From: Bdellovibrionales bacterium | GTDB lineage: Bacteria; Bdellovibrionota; Bdellovibrionia; Bdellovibrionales; UBA1609 | Direction: 5' to 3' | Length of the DNA: 64,000 bases | Assembly (NCBI GenBank): GCA_965242635.1 | Contig: OZ251471.1 | Location: forward strand, 1,227,388 to 1,291,387 | Part shown: in pieces, positions 43,657 to 52,420 of the stretch | Layout: every line of letters starts with the position of its first letter | Position numbering within the stretch: position 1 is the stretch's first letter | Notes under the pieces: model-generated | What the model saw: only the letters and a program-made list of their open reading frames with translations | Told to the model about the DNA's origin: nothing | Databases searched by the model: none | Position numbers and translations under genes: made by a program

Positions 43657-43756
43657 TGTTGGACACTGTATCAGAAAATAGGCCAGAATCAAGCCCTAAA
43701 CCCAAATTTTTCCAAATAAAGGCAGGAAAAGTATTGTGCCTGGCCTGGCCTTTATG

Positions 43757-44425
43757 CTATCCTGATGGGGGGGCGGTGGCATTGGAGGGGACGGGCCACT
43801 CACACTGTTTATTGGTATTGCCGGCATTCCAGGCCTTATAAACAGTGGATTCTTTTGAGCAGTTGCTTTCAGCTAAATCCACATAAGTCGTGCTCTTTCT
43901 GCAATATACTTGATACTCCGTGGGATCTTTGGCATTGACCAAAGCCACAATCTGATGCTTGTCTCCACCGATTTTTTTCTTGATGCTCAGGCAAAAATAC
44001 CCTGAAGCAGTGGTGCCCACCACAGTCTCGCACTTGTTATCCGTATCTTCTGTGGCAATGGGGCAGGTGTAATTTATTTTTTTCAAAGCCTTCTCCATGG
44101 ACACAGTGCCCGTGGTGGTGGTGGCCGTGGTGGTGCCCGCCACAGCTATCGCTTTGCAGGGGTAGTGATTATGGCTGGTATCTGTGCAGGGCTTCTTACG
44201 ACAGACCTGACCGTCTGATTTTAACTGTCCGATAAACCATCCACCGGAAGACTTGGTGCAGGCACTGAAAGCGTTCACAAAGAGTTTGGCGGAGTCCTTA
44301 AGGCTCTGGCATTCCGCCTTGTCCATGTATTTTCCATATTGATGGGTCCCCACCCCCGTCACAATGGCCATAACCGCCACTGTTATCAAGACCTCCATCA
44401 AAGATACACCACGATTTGTTTTCAT
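43757..44425 (-). CDS. Type IV pilin-like protein (prepilin N-terminal cleavage/methylation domain)
   Basis: MKTNRG/VSLMEVLITVAVMAIVTGVG is a class III signal peptide with Glu at +5. The C-terminal globular part is Cys-rich. A GGGGGAG SD lies upstream of this ATG. Confidence 0.75.
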   Translation of the reverse strand: MKTNRGVSLMEVLITVAVMAIVTGVGTHQYGKYMDKAECQSLKDSAKLFVNAFSACTKSSGGWFIGQLKSDGQVCRKKPCTDTSHNHYPCKAIAVAGTTTATTTTGTVSMEKALKKINYTCPIATEDTDNKCETVVGTTASGYFCLSIKKKIGGDKHQIVALVNAKDPTEYQVYCRKSTTYVDLAESNCSKESTVYKAWNAGNTNKQCEWPVPSNATAPPSG

Positions 44426-44580
44426 AACTCCCCCATGCCTGTTTTCCATAAACCACCTCCCTGTAAAACAACCTCTCTGCCCCAAAATATATCAAAAAAA
44501 AGCAGGAATCAAGCTGGAATCCAAGCTCTGCCCGAAAAAATCCCCAAAAACAGCTTGATTTTGAGAAAAAAGCCGGTATA

Positions 44581-46806
44581 ATGAACAGCATGGCCCTGCC
44601 TCAGAAAAAGGATTTTGCACTGAAAGCCCCGCCCCGGACGGCCCTTGACTTGGCTGATCTGAATATCCGTATTCAAAAATATTACCCCTCTGCCGACTTA
44701 AGCCTCGTTAAAAAAGCCTACACTTTGGCAGAAAAGGCCCACACCGGGCAATACCGAAAAGACGGCACGCCCTTTATGTCCCATCCCCTGTCCGTGGCCT
44801 GCATTCTGGCCGATCTGAAAATGGACCTCTATACCATCGTCACAGGCCTCCTCCATGATGTGGTGGAAGACACATCAGTGAATTTAAGTGAAATCCGGGG
44901 GCAGTTTAATGACACGGTGGCTTCTCTCGTGGACGGGGTGAGCAAAATCAACCGGATTGAGTTTCAAAGCAGGCAGAAAAAAAACAGCGAAAACATGCGA
45001 AAAATGATTGTGGCCATGTCCCGCGATGTGCGGGTCATATTGGTGAAACTGGCCGATCGCCTCCACAATATGAGAACCCTCATTCATCTTCCACCGGAAA
45101 AACAAAGAAAAGTGGCACGGGAGACCCTGGATATTTATGCCCCACTGGCCGGAAGGCTTGGCATCCACTCCATTAAAGTGGAGCTGGAGGACCTGGCTTT
45201 TGAGCACTCCGACAAAGAGGCCTTTTTATCCCTTGTCCAACAAATGGACAGCGAAAAAAAAGAAAGAACCTCATACATCAAGGAAGTCATCCCCATCTTA
45301 AAAAAAGAAATTGCAGAGCAGATGAACATCCAGCCCACCATTCAGGGCCGGCCCAAAAATCTTTACTCCATTCATCAAAAAATGCTCAGTCAGAATGTGA
45401 GCTACGATCAGGTGCACGATGTGCTGGCCTTCAGAATATGTGTGGAAAAGCTGGAAGAGTGCTATAAAATTCTGGGGCTTATTCACTCCCTTTATAAACC
45501 CATCCCCGGACGATTTAAAGACTATATTGCCATCCCCAAACAAAATGGCTACCAAAGCCTTCACACCACCATTATAGCGGAAAAAGGCAAAAGGGTGGAG
45601 GTGCAAATCAGAACCAAAGAGATGCACCTTATGGCAGAAAGGGGCATTGCGGCCCACTGGCAATACAAAACAGAATCATGGAACAAAACAACCGGTGCGG
45701 ACCAAAAGGCCATAAAACAGGTTAACTGGCTTAAGGACTTGGTGCTTTTGCATCAGCAAAACAGCCACTCCGGCGAGTTTTTGGAATCCGTCAGAATGAA
45801 CCTGTTTGATTCGGATATTTACACCTTCACGCCGGAAGGGGAGGTGAAAGCCTTTCCCAAAGGAGCCACCCCCATCGATTTTGCCTACGGCATCCACACC
45901 GACTTGGGTCGCCGTATCACAGGGGCCAAAGTGCATGGGAGGCTTGTGCCCCTGAAATACCACCTGAAAAACGGGGATCGGGTGGAAGTGATCACAGACA
46001 AAAATCAAAGCCCCTCCAAAGAATGGCTAAAACACTGTGTCACCTCCAAAGCCAAGTCCCGCATCAAGGCTTTTTTAAAGCAGGAAAGCCGGGCCCAAAA
46101 TGTGCAAATAGGGCAAAAACTTATGGAAAAGGAATGCAAAGCCCGTGGACAAAAAATGGAAGACATCTTAAGTGCCCCGGTGACCGCCAAATACATGCGG
46201 GAGAAGGGACTTAACACCAGAGAGGAGCTCTTTATCCTCCTGGGCTATGGCAAAGTGCTGAGTCGGGAGCTTTTGGATATTCTGGCCCCGACAAAAAACG
46301 AAAGAGACGAAAGCCCCACACAGGCTATACCCCTGACTTTGAAAAAAGAAAAGCCCTCTCATTTTTGCCCGGTGATAGTGGAGGGCATGGGAAATATCAT
46401 GGTGCAGTTTGCCCGTTGTTGCCGGCCCCTGCCCGGTGACCATATCACCGGTTTTATCAGCCGGGGCCGGGGCATTGTGGTGCATCGTCAGTCATGCAAG
46501 CCTCTTCTCTCTCTCAATTCCGAACGGTTTGTGGAGGTGGAGTGGAACCCCGGCCACAAAGGCAAACACAAGCATATAGTTGGCATAAAAGTGCTCTCCC
46601 CTGATGTGCCGGGGGTCTTGAACAGTGTGTCCGCTGTTTTTGCCGATCAAAATGTCAACATTCTCAATATCAAAGTCAGCAACACCAAAGAGATGAAGGC
46701 CCTTTCGCTCTTTCAGGTGGAGGTTCAGGATCTGCAACAGCTGGAAACACTTGTCCGCTCCTTAAAGTCCCTCAAGAACATCATCAGTGTGTGCCGGGAG
46801 GAATAA
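44581..46806 (+). CDS. rel: Bifunctional (p)ppGpp synthetase/hydrolase (RelA/SpoT homologue)
   Basis: An HD hydrolase domain (HPLSVACILA...LLHDVVEDT), a synthetase domain (..YIAIPKQNGYQSLHTTI), and TGS and ACT-like C-terminal regions. Confidence 0.95.
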   Translation: MNSMALPQKKDFALKAPPRTALDLADLNIRIQKYYPSADLSLVKKAYTLAEKAHTGQYRKDGTPFMSHPLSVACILADLKMDLYTIVTGLLHDVVEDTSVNLSEIRGQFNDTVASLVDGVSKINRIEFQSRQKKNSENMRKMIVAMSRDVRVILVKLADRLHNMRTLIHLPPEKQRKVARETLDIYAPLAGRLGIHSIKVELEDLAFEHSDKEAFLSLVQQMDSEKKERTSYIKEVIPILKKEIAEQMNIQPTIQGRPKNLYSIHQKMLSQNVSYDQVHDVLAFRICVEKLEECYKILGLIHSLYKPIPGRFKDYIAIPKQNGYQSLHTTIIAEKGKRVEVQIRTKEMHLMAERGIAAHWQYKTESWNKTTGADQKAIKQVNWLKDLVLLHQQNSHSGEFLESVRMNLFDSDIYTFTPEGEVKAFPKGATPIDFAYGIHTDLGRRITGAKVHGRLVPLKYHLKNGDRVEVITDKNQSPSKEWLKHCVTSKAKSRIKAFLKQESRAQNVQIGQKLMEKECKARGQKMEDILSAPVTAKYMREKGLNTREELFILLGYGKVLSRELLDILAPTKNERDESPTQAIPLTLKKEKPSHFCPVIVEGMGNIMVQFARCCRPLPGDHITGFISRGRGIVVHRQSCKPLLSLNSERFVEVEWNPGHKGKHKHIVGIKVLSPDVPGVLNSVSAVFADQNVNILNIKVSNTKEMKALSLFQVEVQDLQQLETLVRSLKSLKNIISVCREE

Positions 46807-46833
46807 AAACCACAAACAGGAGCAGAAAAAATA

Positions 46834-47958
46834 TTGGGCATAAAAAACAAAGCCAAATCCTGGCTCGCAGAAGGGCTGATCACAAAAGAACAAATGGAGG
46901 CCATTTGCCGTTATGAAAAAGGCTCCCGGCCCGGTCTTGCCACCAGTCTTTATGGTTTTTTGTTGGTGGCGGTTTTTTCTGCCAGCCTGGGTTTGATTGC
47001 CCTGATATCGGCCAACTGGTCCTCCATCCCCGCCGGCCTCAAACTGACAGTCTATTTTGCTCTGCTCGGGGGCCTTGGCCTTTATGGCCTGAAACTTAAG
47101 GGGCTTAAAGCCAAGAGCTTTGATTTTTGGTTTGAGGCTCTTTTGGCTTTTTTGATGATCCTCAGTGTGGCCGGCATTGGCCTGATAGCACAGATCTATC
47201 ATATCCGGGGGGAATCTTACAACACTTTGTTCTTTTGGTCTTTTATCACTTCCGGCCTGGTTTTTATCTCCCGTGGCTCTTTTCCCTTTTATATCTGGTT
47301 TGGAAGTTTATACACAGCCACCGCCCTTTATACGGTTGAGGTGGTGCAAAATGATCATATTCTGCTCAAGCTGGTTTTGCTCCAGCCCCTGTTGTTTATT
47401 TTCCTGTTTCTGATGTGTCATAACCCGAAATGTGTCCGGGTCTTCCCCTCCCTTCGAATCAAGAGACAGGTGTTTGGGGAGGTGGCTTTATTGACCGGGC
47501 TTTTGAGCCTTGTGGTGTTTCACACAGTCCCCCGCGACATTCAAATCGTGAAGTGGGATGTTTTTGTGCTGGGGGCTTTGTGCTTTTTGTTTCTTGTGGC
47601 TCTTTATTTCAGTGGTTTCAGAAAAGTTCAAAAACATTTTTTGACCGGGCTGTTGAGCCTGTTTGTGTTGTTTTATTTTATGGCCTTGAGCTTGCATCTT
47701 GACAAATTGCACCTGATGATTTTCAGTGTGCTTTTTTTGGGGCTTGGAGCTTGTTTTTTTGCCAGCCTGGGAAAAAAACAGCTTTTCACTTTTTTTGTAT
47801 TTGCCCTTCTGTTGAGAATTTTGTTTTTCTATATAGCTCTTTTCAAAAGTCTGACTGTGACGGGCCTTGTTTTACTGCTCTTCAGTCTTGTGCTTTTTGT
47901 GGTGATAAAATGGCTGATACCCAAGTATGCCCCCCGTGTCGGAGGGGGACAAAGTTGA
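46834..47958 (+). CDS. Polytopic membrane protein (DUF2157-like)
   Basis: The N-terminus WLAEGLITKEQMEAI is followed by about 10 TM segments. It uses a TTG start. The 3' end lies in a 35-bp interspersed repeat. Confidence 0.6.
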   Translation: MGIKNKAKSWLAEGLITKEQMEAICRYEKGSRPGLATSLYGFLLVAVFSASLGLIALISANWSSIPAGLKLTVYFALLGGLGLYGLKLKGLKAKSFDFWFEALLAFLMILSVAGIGLIAQIYHIRGESYNTLFFWSFITSGLVFISRGSFPFYIWFGSLYTATALYTVEVVQNDHILLKLVLLQPLLFIFLFLMCHNPKCVRVFPSLRIKRQVFGEVALLTGLLSLVVFHTVPRDIQIVKWDVFVLGALCFLFLVALYFSGFRKVQKHFLTGLLSLFVLFYFMALSLHLDKLHLMIFSVLFLGLGACFFASLGKKQLFTFFVFALLLRILFFYIALFKSLTVTGLVLLLFSLVLFVVIKWLIPKYAPRVGGGQS

Positions 47959-48034
47959 CGCCACTTTCGTCTCTGAACATGGTTCTGTGCAAGCCTTGAG
48001 GAAATAACAGTCTCCAAAAAAGGGGGATAAAATT

Positions 48035-48541
48035 ATGAAATACACCACATGGATAAAGACAAAGGGCCTGACCTGGTTCGCTTTTATGTTCCCTTTCGTG
48101 GTTTTGCTGGGATGGGCGATCCTGAATGAATACCATATCAGGACCAGCCACACCCTTGTATTGCCAGTGGAAGGTCATGATCCCAGAGACCTTATCTCCG
48201 GGCATTACTTAAGTTACAGGATAAAGTACGGCCTTAAGTGCCCCAAAAGCCCCCGGACAAAAAGGACAAGGGCTTATATCTGTTTTCAGCCGGAAAAATA
48301 TCTTGTCACAGGCCGAAAGCCCAAAAACTGCCGGCTTTTTATCAAAGGGGAATGTGTTTTTGAGGAATTTCAGGCGGGAGCAAGTCGCCTTTATATACCG
48401 GAAAAAAAGGCCCAAAAAGCTTTGAGGCTTTTTGGGGAGGCACAGAAGAAACAGGTGAAACTGGCCGTCACCTCAAAGGGCTTGACCCGAACCACAGATA
48501 TCCTGGTGGAGGGGGAGTCTTTACTGAAAAAACTGAAATAA
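48035..48541 (+). CDS. GDYXXLXY domain-containing protein
   Basis: An N-terminal TM segment is followed by PVEGHDPRDLISGHYLSYRIKY, a variant GDYxxLxY motif. Pairing with a DUF2157-like gene is typical. Confidence 0.65.
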   Translation: MKYTTWIKTKGLTWFAFMFPFVVLLGWAILNEYHIRTSHTLVLPVEGHDPRDLISGHYLSYRIKYGLKCPKSPRTKRTRAYICFQPEKYLVTGRKPKNCRLFIKGECVFEEFQAGASRLYIPEKKAQKALRLFGEAQKKQVKLAVTSKGLTRTTDILVEGESLLKKLK

Positions 48542-48572
48542 AATCACCATCTCCTTTATAAACTGTGTGAAA

Positions 48573-48836
48573 TTATTTAGAAGATCTGTAGATATTTGTT
48601 CTGTGTCCCACCTTATAAACCATAACCACCAAGTCTTTTGTTAAAATTTGATATATTATTCGGTATTTTCCCACTCTTATCCTGTAAAGGTTTGCTCCAA
48701 TTATCTTTTTTGAGCCTTTATAAGGATCCTTTCCCAATTTTTGAATAGCCTGTATCAGTCGTTTATTGGTTTGTTTATCATAAAATGAGAGATCTTTTTG
48801 GACAGATTTTTTGATCTGTATTTTATATTTTGTCAT
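48573..48836 (-). CDS. Type II toxin, RelE/ParE family
   Basis: MTKYKIQIKKSVQKDL...NLYRIRVGKYRIIYQI...VVMVYKVGHRTNIY matches the family consensus. It overlaps the upstream antitoxin ORF by 14 nt. Confidence 0.8.
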   Translation of the reverse strand: MTKYKIQIKKSVQKDLSFYDKQTNKRLIQAIQKLGKDPYKGSKKIIGANLYRIRVGKYRIIYQILTKDLVVMVYKVGHRTNIYRSSK

Positions 48837-49056
48837 TGTCTTTAAGATTTTGAACAAAATCACCAAAGCTTACAGAAGATTCTTTTTTTCTCTTTTTGAA
48901 GGTGTTTATATCCTCTGTATTTTCCTCTAAAGACTCTTTTATAATCTCTTCGGCTAAATCAGACATGGAAAGTTCTCTTAAAGCCGATTGTAGTTTTAAA
49001 GCTCTATGTGTTTCTGGCTGAAGATAAATTGCAGAGATTTTTCTTTTTGTTTTCAT
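48823..49056 (-). CDS. Type II antitoxin (ribbon-helix-helix-like)
   Basis: A small ORF upstream of the toxin. KISAIYLQPETHRALKLQSALRELSMSDLAEEII resembles an RHH motif. Confidence 0.65.
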   Translation of the reverse strand: MKTKRKISAIYLQPETHRALKLQSALRELSMSDLAEEIIKESLEENTEDINTFKKRKKESSVSFGDFVQNLKDNDKI

Positions 49057-49073
49057 AATGAACCATTTTTAAA

Positions 49074-49149
49074 TGGAGCGGGAGACGGGCCTCGAACCCG
49101 CAACCCTCAGCTTGGAAGGCTGATACTCTGCCAGTTGAGCTACTCCCGC
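49074..49149 (-). tRNA. tRNA-Gly (UCC)
   Basis: The reverse strand reads GCGGGAGTAGCTCAACTGGCAGAGTATCAGCCTTCCAAGCTGAGGGTTGCGGGTTCGAGGCCCGTCTCCCGCTCCA. The anticodon loop is CTTCCAA. Confidence 0.9.
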
Positions 49150-49160
49150 AAGTTTTAAAA

Positions 49161-49455
49161 CCACCAACTACTCCCGCATTGTTTGTCCAAGATAAGCGTC
49201 CAATCCTCTCAGGATTGTCCGCCCCGTGCCAAGGACTCCCCCAGGTCGCCCTTATCACGGGGAACTGCATCTCAAGCCACCGAAAACCACAATACTCCAC
49301 CAACTACTCCCGCATTGTTTGTCCAAGGTAAGCGTCCAATCCTCTCAGGATTGTCCGCCCCGTGCCAAGGACTCCCCCAGGTCGCCCTTATCACGGGGAA
49401 CTGCATCTCAAGCCACCGAAAACCACAATACTCCACCAACTACTCCCGCATTGTT
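49161..49455. repeat. 136-bp tandem repeat (2 full units plus a partial third) abutting the 5' side of tRNA-Gly
   Basis: The unit start CCACCAACTACTCCCGCATTGTTTGTCCAAG recurs at 49161, 49297 and 49433. Each unit begins with CTACTCCCGCA, the complement of the first ~11 nt of tRNA-Gly. Confidence 0.9.
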
Positions 49456-50077
49456 TTAGATAGTGGCCCGCGAAAAACCCTTATTTTTGAGTCTCTTGTG
49501 TCCAAGGTCCGCCCCGTTTCGGGACGGAATACCTTGGACCCTCACGGCACGGACCTTGAACACAAATGCTTTCAGCAAGTCCCTTTTTCAGGCCACATCC
49601 CCGCCGCCCCTGCCCGGTGGAAAGGGGGCACGGCACCACGAACAACAAACTGAATGGCGGAGAAGCTTCTTTTTGCATAGCAGGCTTGAACCTTCACCGC
49701 GTCCCTTTTGCCTGTTGGCACAATAAATGCACCTGAAGACGGACCTTGGCCACTCATAATGGATGACCTGACCACTGGACCATATTAGCAGTAGTGCCCG
49801 AAAAGTCAAGTTTTTCCCGAATCCCCGGCAAAACAGGGCCCAAAAAAAGCCCGACTCAAAAAAAATCTGCCAAAAAGTGCAAACCAACAGCCAAAAATCG
49901 TAAAAAACCAGAAAAAAGTCGCAGACCGACAGGCAAAAAGTCCCAAACCGACAGGCAAAAGGTCGCAAACCGACAAAAAAAATAAAAAAAAGTTTAAGTT
50001 TTTTGAGAACCCGCCGATGAATCAGTTTATATGTTCGTCACCCATTTATAACCACAAACCAAAAAAGGAGGTTGGAA

Positions 50078-51079
50078 ATGAAAGAAAAAAAGCCGTTGGG
50101 AACACTTTTTTCCGTGAATTTACGGGAATGCTGGGAACAAGAGGACGAGGATTTTACCCCCTGGCTGGCTAAGCCGGAGAACTTAAATCTTCTGGGAGAA
50201 GCTATTGATATGATGGATCTGGAGCTGGTGGGGAGAGAACACCCGGTGGGTAAATATAGTGCGGATATTCTGGCCAGAAGGACCGATTCTGAGGAAGAGC
50301 ACTTGGTGGTGATTGAAAATCAGCTGGACAAAACCAATCACAAACACTTGGGGCAACTTCTGACTTACGCCAGCGGGCTTAAGGCCAAAGCCCTCGTGTG
50401 GGTGGCCAAAAAAATGGAGGATGAGCACAAAAAGGCCCTGGACTGGCTGAATGAAAACTCCTCTTCTGACATTGCCTTTTTTGGCCTGGAGATGGAGCTT
50501 TGGCGAATAGGGGACTCTTTACTCGCACCCAAATTCAATGTGGTCTCCCAACCCAACGGTTGGGCCAGAACTATCCAAAAAACCAGTAGTAGAAACCCTG
50601 CATTGGATAAAAACCGGTTGGAATTTTGGACTGAATTTGTGGAGTATATGAGACGCAAAGGAACACTCCTGAGGTTGAAAAGCCCAACATCAGAGCACTT
50701 GTACGGTTTTGGAATAGGTCATGCTGGTTTTAGAATTCGCCTGACCACCAATTCAACAGCAAAGTGCTTGGGCTGTGAGCTCAGAATCACCCATGAAAAA
50801 CGGGACCACTTTTTTAACGCTTTTAAGCAGGAAAAGGAGCTTATTCAAAAAGAGCTAAACGTCTCTCCTGATGAGCTGAATTGGAATGATACGCCTGAGG
50901 GTAGTAATGTCATCGTTCAATACAGGGAGGGTGATTTTCAAAATCGGGAGGAGTGGCCACAGCTTTTTGCCTGGTTTAAAGAAAGAGCAGAGGCTTTTTA
51001 TAAAACCTTTTCCAAACAGATTCAAGATATGGATCGCACCCCAACTCCAAATCGTCCGCGAAGTGAAGAGGCCGCATAA
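50078..51079 (+). CDS. DUF4268-like protein with an N-terminal PD-(D/E)xK (NucS-like) nuclease-fold region
   Basis: AGGAGG SD upstream. The pattern ...FTPWLAKPENLNLLGEAI...GKYSADILAR...LVVIENQLDKTNHKHLGQLLTYASGL...ALDWLNE...FFGLEMELWRIGDS matches what I remember for this family. Confidence 0.6.
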   Translation: MKEKKPLGTLFSVNLRECWEQEDEDFTPWLAKPENLNLLGEAIDMMDLELVGREHPVGKYSADILARRTDSEEEHLVVIENQLDKTNHKHLGQLLTYASGLKAKALVWVAKKMEDEHKKALDWLNENSSSDIAFFGLEMELWRIGDSLLAPKFNVVSQPNGWARTIQKTSSRNPALDKNRLEFWTEFVEYMRRKGTLLRLKSPTSEHLYGFGIGHAGFRIRLTTNSTAKCLGCELRITHEKRDHFFNAFKQEKELIQKELNVSPDELNWNDTPEGSNVIVQYREGDFQNREEWPQLFAWFKERAEAFYKTFSKQIQDMDRTPTPNRPRSEEAA

Positions 51080-51500
51080 AGAACAGGAAGCTTTGAGTAA
51101 AGGGGCCACCTAAAGCCCCTTTATCAGGTTACATGAAAGAAAATGCCTGCATAAAAAACAGGAAACTTTGAGTAAAGGGGCGGCCACCTGAAGCCCCTTT
51201 GCCAAGTTGCCTGAAAGGAATGGCCACAGCTTTTTGCATGGTTTAAAGAAAGAGCAGAGGCCTTTTATAAAACCTTTGGTGACCGTAAAAAAATATGGAC
51301 TTGAGTGAAGAGGCCGCATAAAGAACAGGGAGCTTTGAGTGAAGGAGCCACCTGAAGCCCCTTTGCCAAGTTGCCTGAAAGGAACAGGACAAGCTTTTTA
51401 CATGGTTTAAAGAAAGAGCAGAGGCCTTTTATAAAACCTTTGGTGCCTGTATAAAAACCGGGAGCTTGAAGGAAGAGGCCACCTGAAAAGGGCTTGGGAC
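50953..51500 (+). repeat. Tandem ~165-bp segmental repeats: the 3' end of the 50078-51079 gene plus its downstream sequence, reiterated about 3 times with decay
   Basis: GGCCACAGCTTTTTGC(C/A)TGGTTTAAAGAAAGAGCAGAGGC(T/C)TTTTATAAAACCTT occurs at about 50955, 51222 and (diverged) 51388. GAAGAGGCCGCATAAAGAACAGG.AGCTTTGAGT occurs at about 51066 and 51308. Confidence 0.85.
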
Positions 51501-51528
51501 TTTGTGGCCTGAAGAGGGCCTGAAAGAA

Positions 51529-51614
51529 TGGTGGAGAGGGTAGGATTCGAACCTACGTAGGCAAAAGCCAACGGGTTTACAGCCCGCCCCCTTTAACCAC
51601 TCGGGCACCTCTCC
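51529..51614 (-). tRNA. tRNA-Tyr (GUA), type II
   Basis: The reverse strand reads GGAGAGGTGCCCGAGTGGTTAAAGGGGGCGGGCTGTAAACCCGTTGGCTTTTGCCTACGTAGGTTCGAATCCTACCCTCTCCACCA. Confidence 0.9.
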
Positions 51615-51679
51615 TTAACTTTTTGACACACAAAGAAAATCCGCCGGGCCTGATCTTTACAAAACCCCCCAAAATAAAA

Positions 51680-51755
51680 TGGAGCTGAGTAAGGGAGTCG
51701 AACCCCCAACCTGCTGATTACAAATCAGCTGCTCTACCAGTTGAGCTAACCCAGC
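51680..51755 (-). tRNA. tRNA-Thr (UGU)
   Basis: The reverse strand reads GCTGGGTTAGCTCAACTGGTAGAGCAGCTGATTTGTAATCAGCAGGTTGGGGGTTCGACTCCCTTACTCAGCTCCA. The anticodon loop is TTTGTAA, and the T stem has two G-U pairs. Confidence 0.85.
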
Positions 51756-52053
51756 CCATCAGTCGGCCTGTGAAAAAGTCTCTTAAACAACCAGATTCCC
51801 ACGAAGCACACTTTGTGTCCTTCACGGGAATGACCCCCGTGTCGGGAAGGGGACAAAGTTGACGCAACTCCCTCCTCCAATCGTGACTCCGTGCCAAGCT
51901 ACCAAGAGATTCCCGCTTTCGCGGGAATGACGGTCCCTGGGGACTTTAAAAAAAGTTGCCTTTGCTCAACTTTCCAGATCAAAGATACACCTGACGGCCA
52001 CTTTTGTCAAGCGATCTCTCACACCAAAACCCCCTGAAAAAAGCCATCCAAAC

Positions 52054-52146
52054 CAAACAACCCCGCAAACCGACCAGCAAACAACCCCGCAAACAACCCC
52101 GCAAACCGACCAGCAAACAACCCCGCAAACCAACAGGCAAACGGCC
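52054..52146 (+). repeat. A/C-rich tandem repeat (units CAAACAACCCCG / CAAACCGACCAG)
   Basis: CAAACAACCCCGCAAACCGACCAG is reiterated about 3 times. It is related to the CAAACCGACAGGCAAAA units at 49915-49975. Confidence 0.85.
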
Positions 52147-52420
52147 ATTTTATCCTCAAGAAAACAAACAGACTCCCGCTTTCGCGGGAATGACGACAGA
52201 GGTGCAAACCAAAAACAGGCCCTTTACAGCCCCTGAAACAAATTCCCCCTTTTTTACTTGACAAGCCAAATTCCCATGCTATTATAGTAGGAAAAGGTAA
52301 ATTTTTCCTGTTAATCTGTCCAGCAGTAACAGGGTTTTTCAGGGGCGATTATTATAGAGGCACGAAAAGGGTTTTTCGCTGGCCCAAGTGAAGGACAGAC
52401 AACTCATTATGAGAGGAATT

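Noticed and set aside
49183-49985. ORFs 49183-49653, 49226-49459, 49463-49726, 49481-49678, 49572-49775, 49588-49968 and 49794-49985
   Set aside because: All lie in the 136-bp tandem array or in the A/C-rich low-complexity tract. They overlap one another, and their peptides are repetitive or compositionally extreme.
51110-51319. ORF 51110-51319 (-) and 50855-51109 (-) with KGLCSFFKP.KKLWP repeats
   Set aside because: They are antisense readings of the triplicated 3'-end fragments of the 50078-51079 gene. The similarity between them is explained by the DNA duplication.
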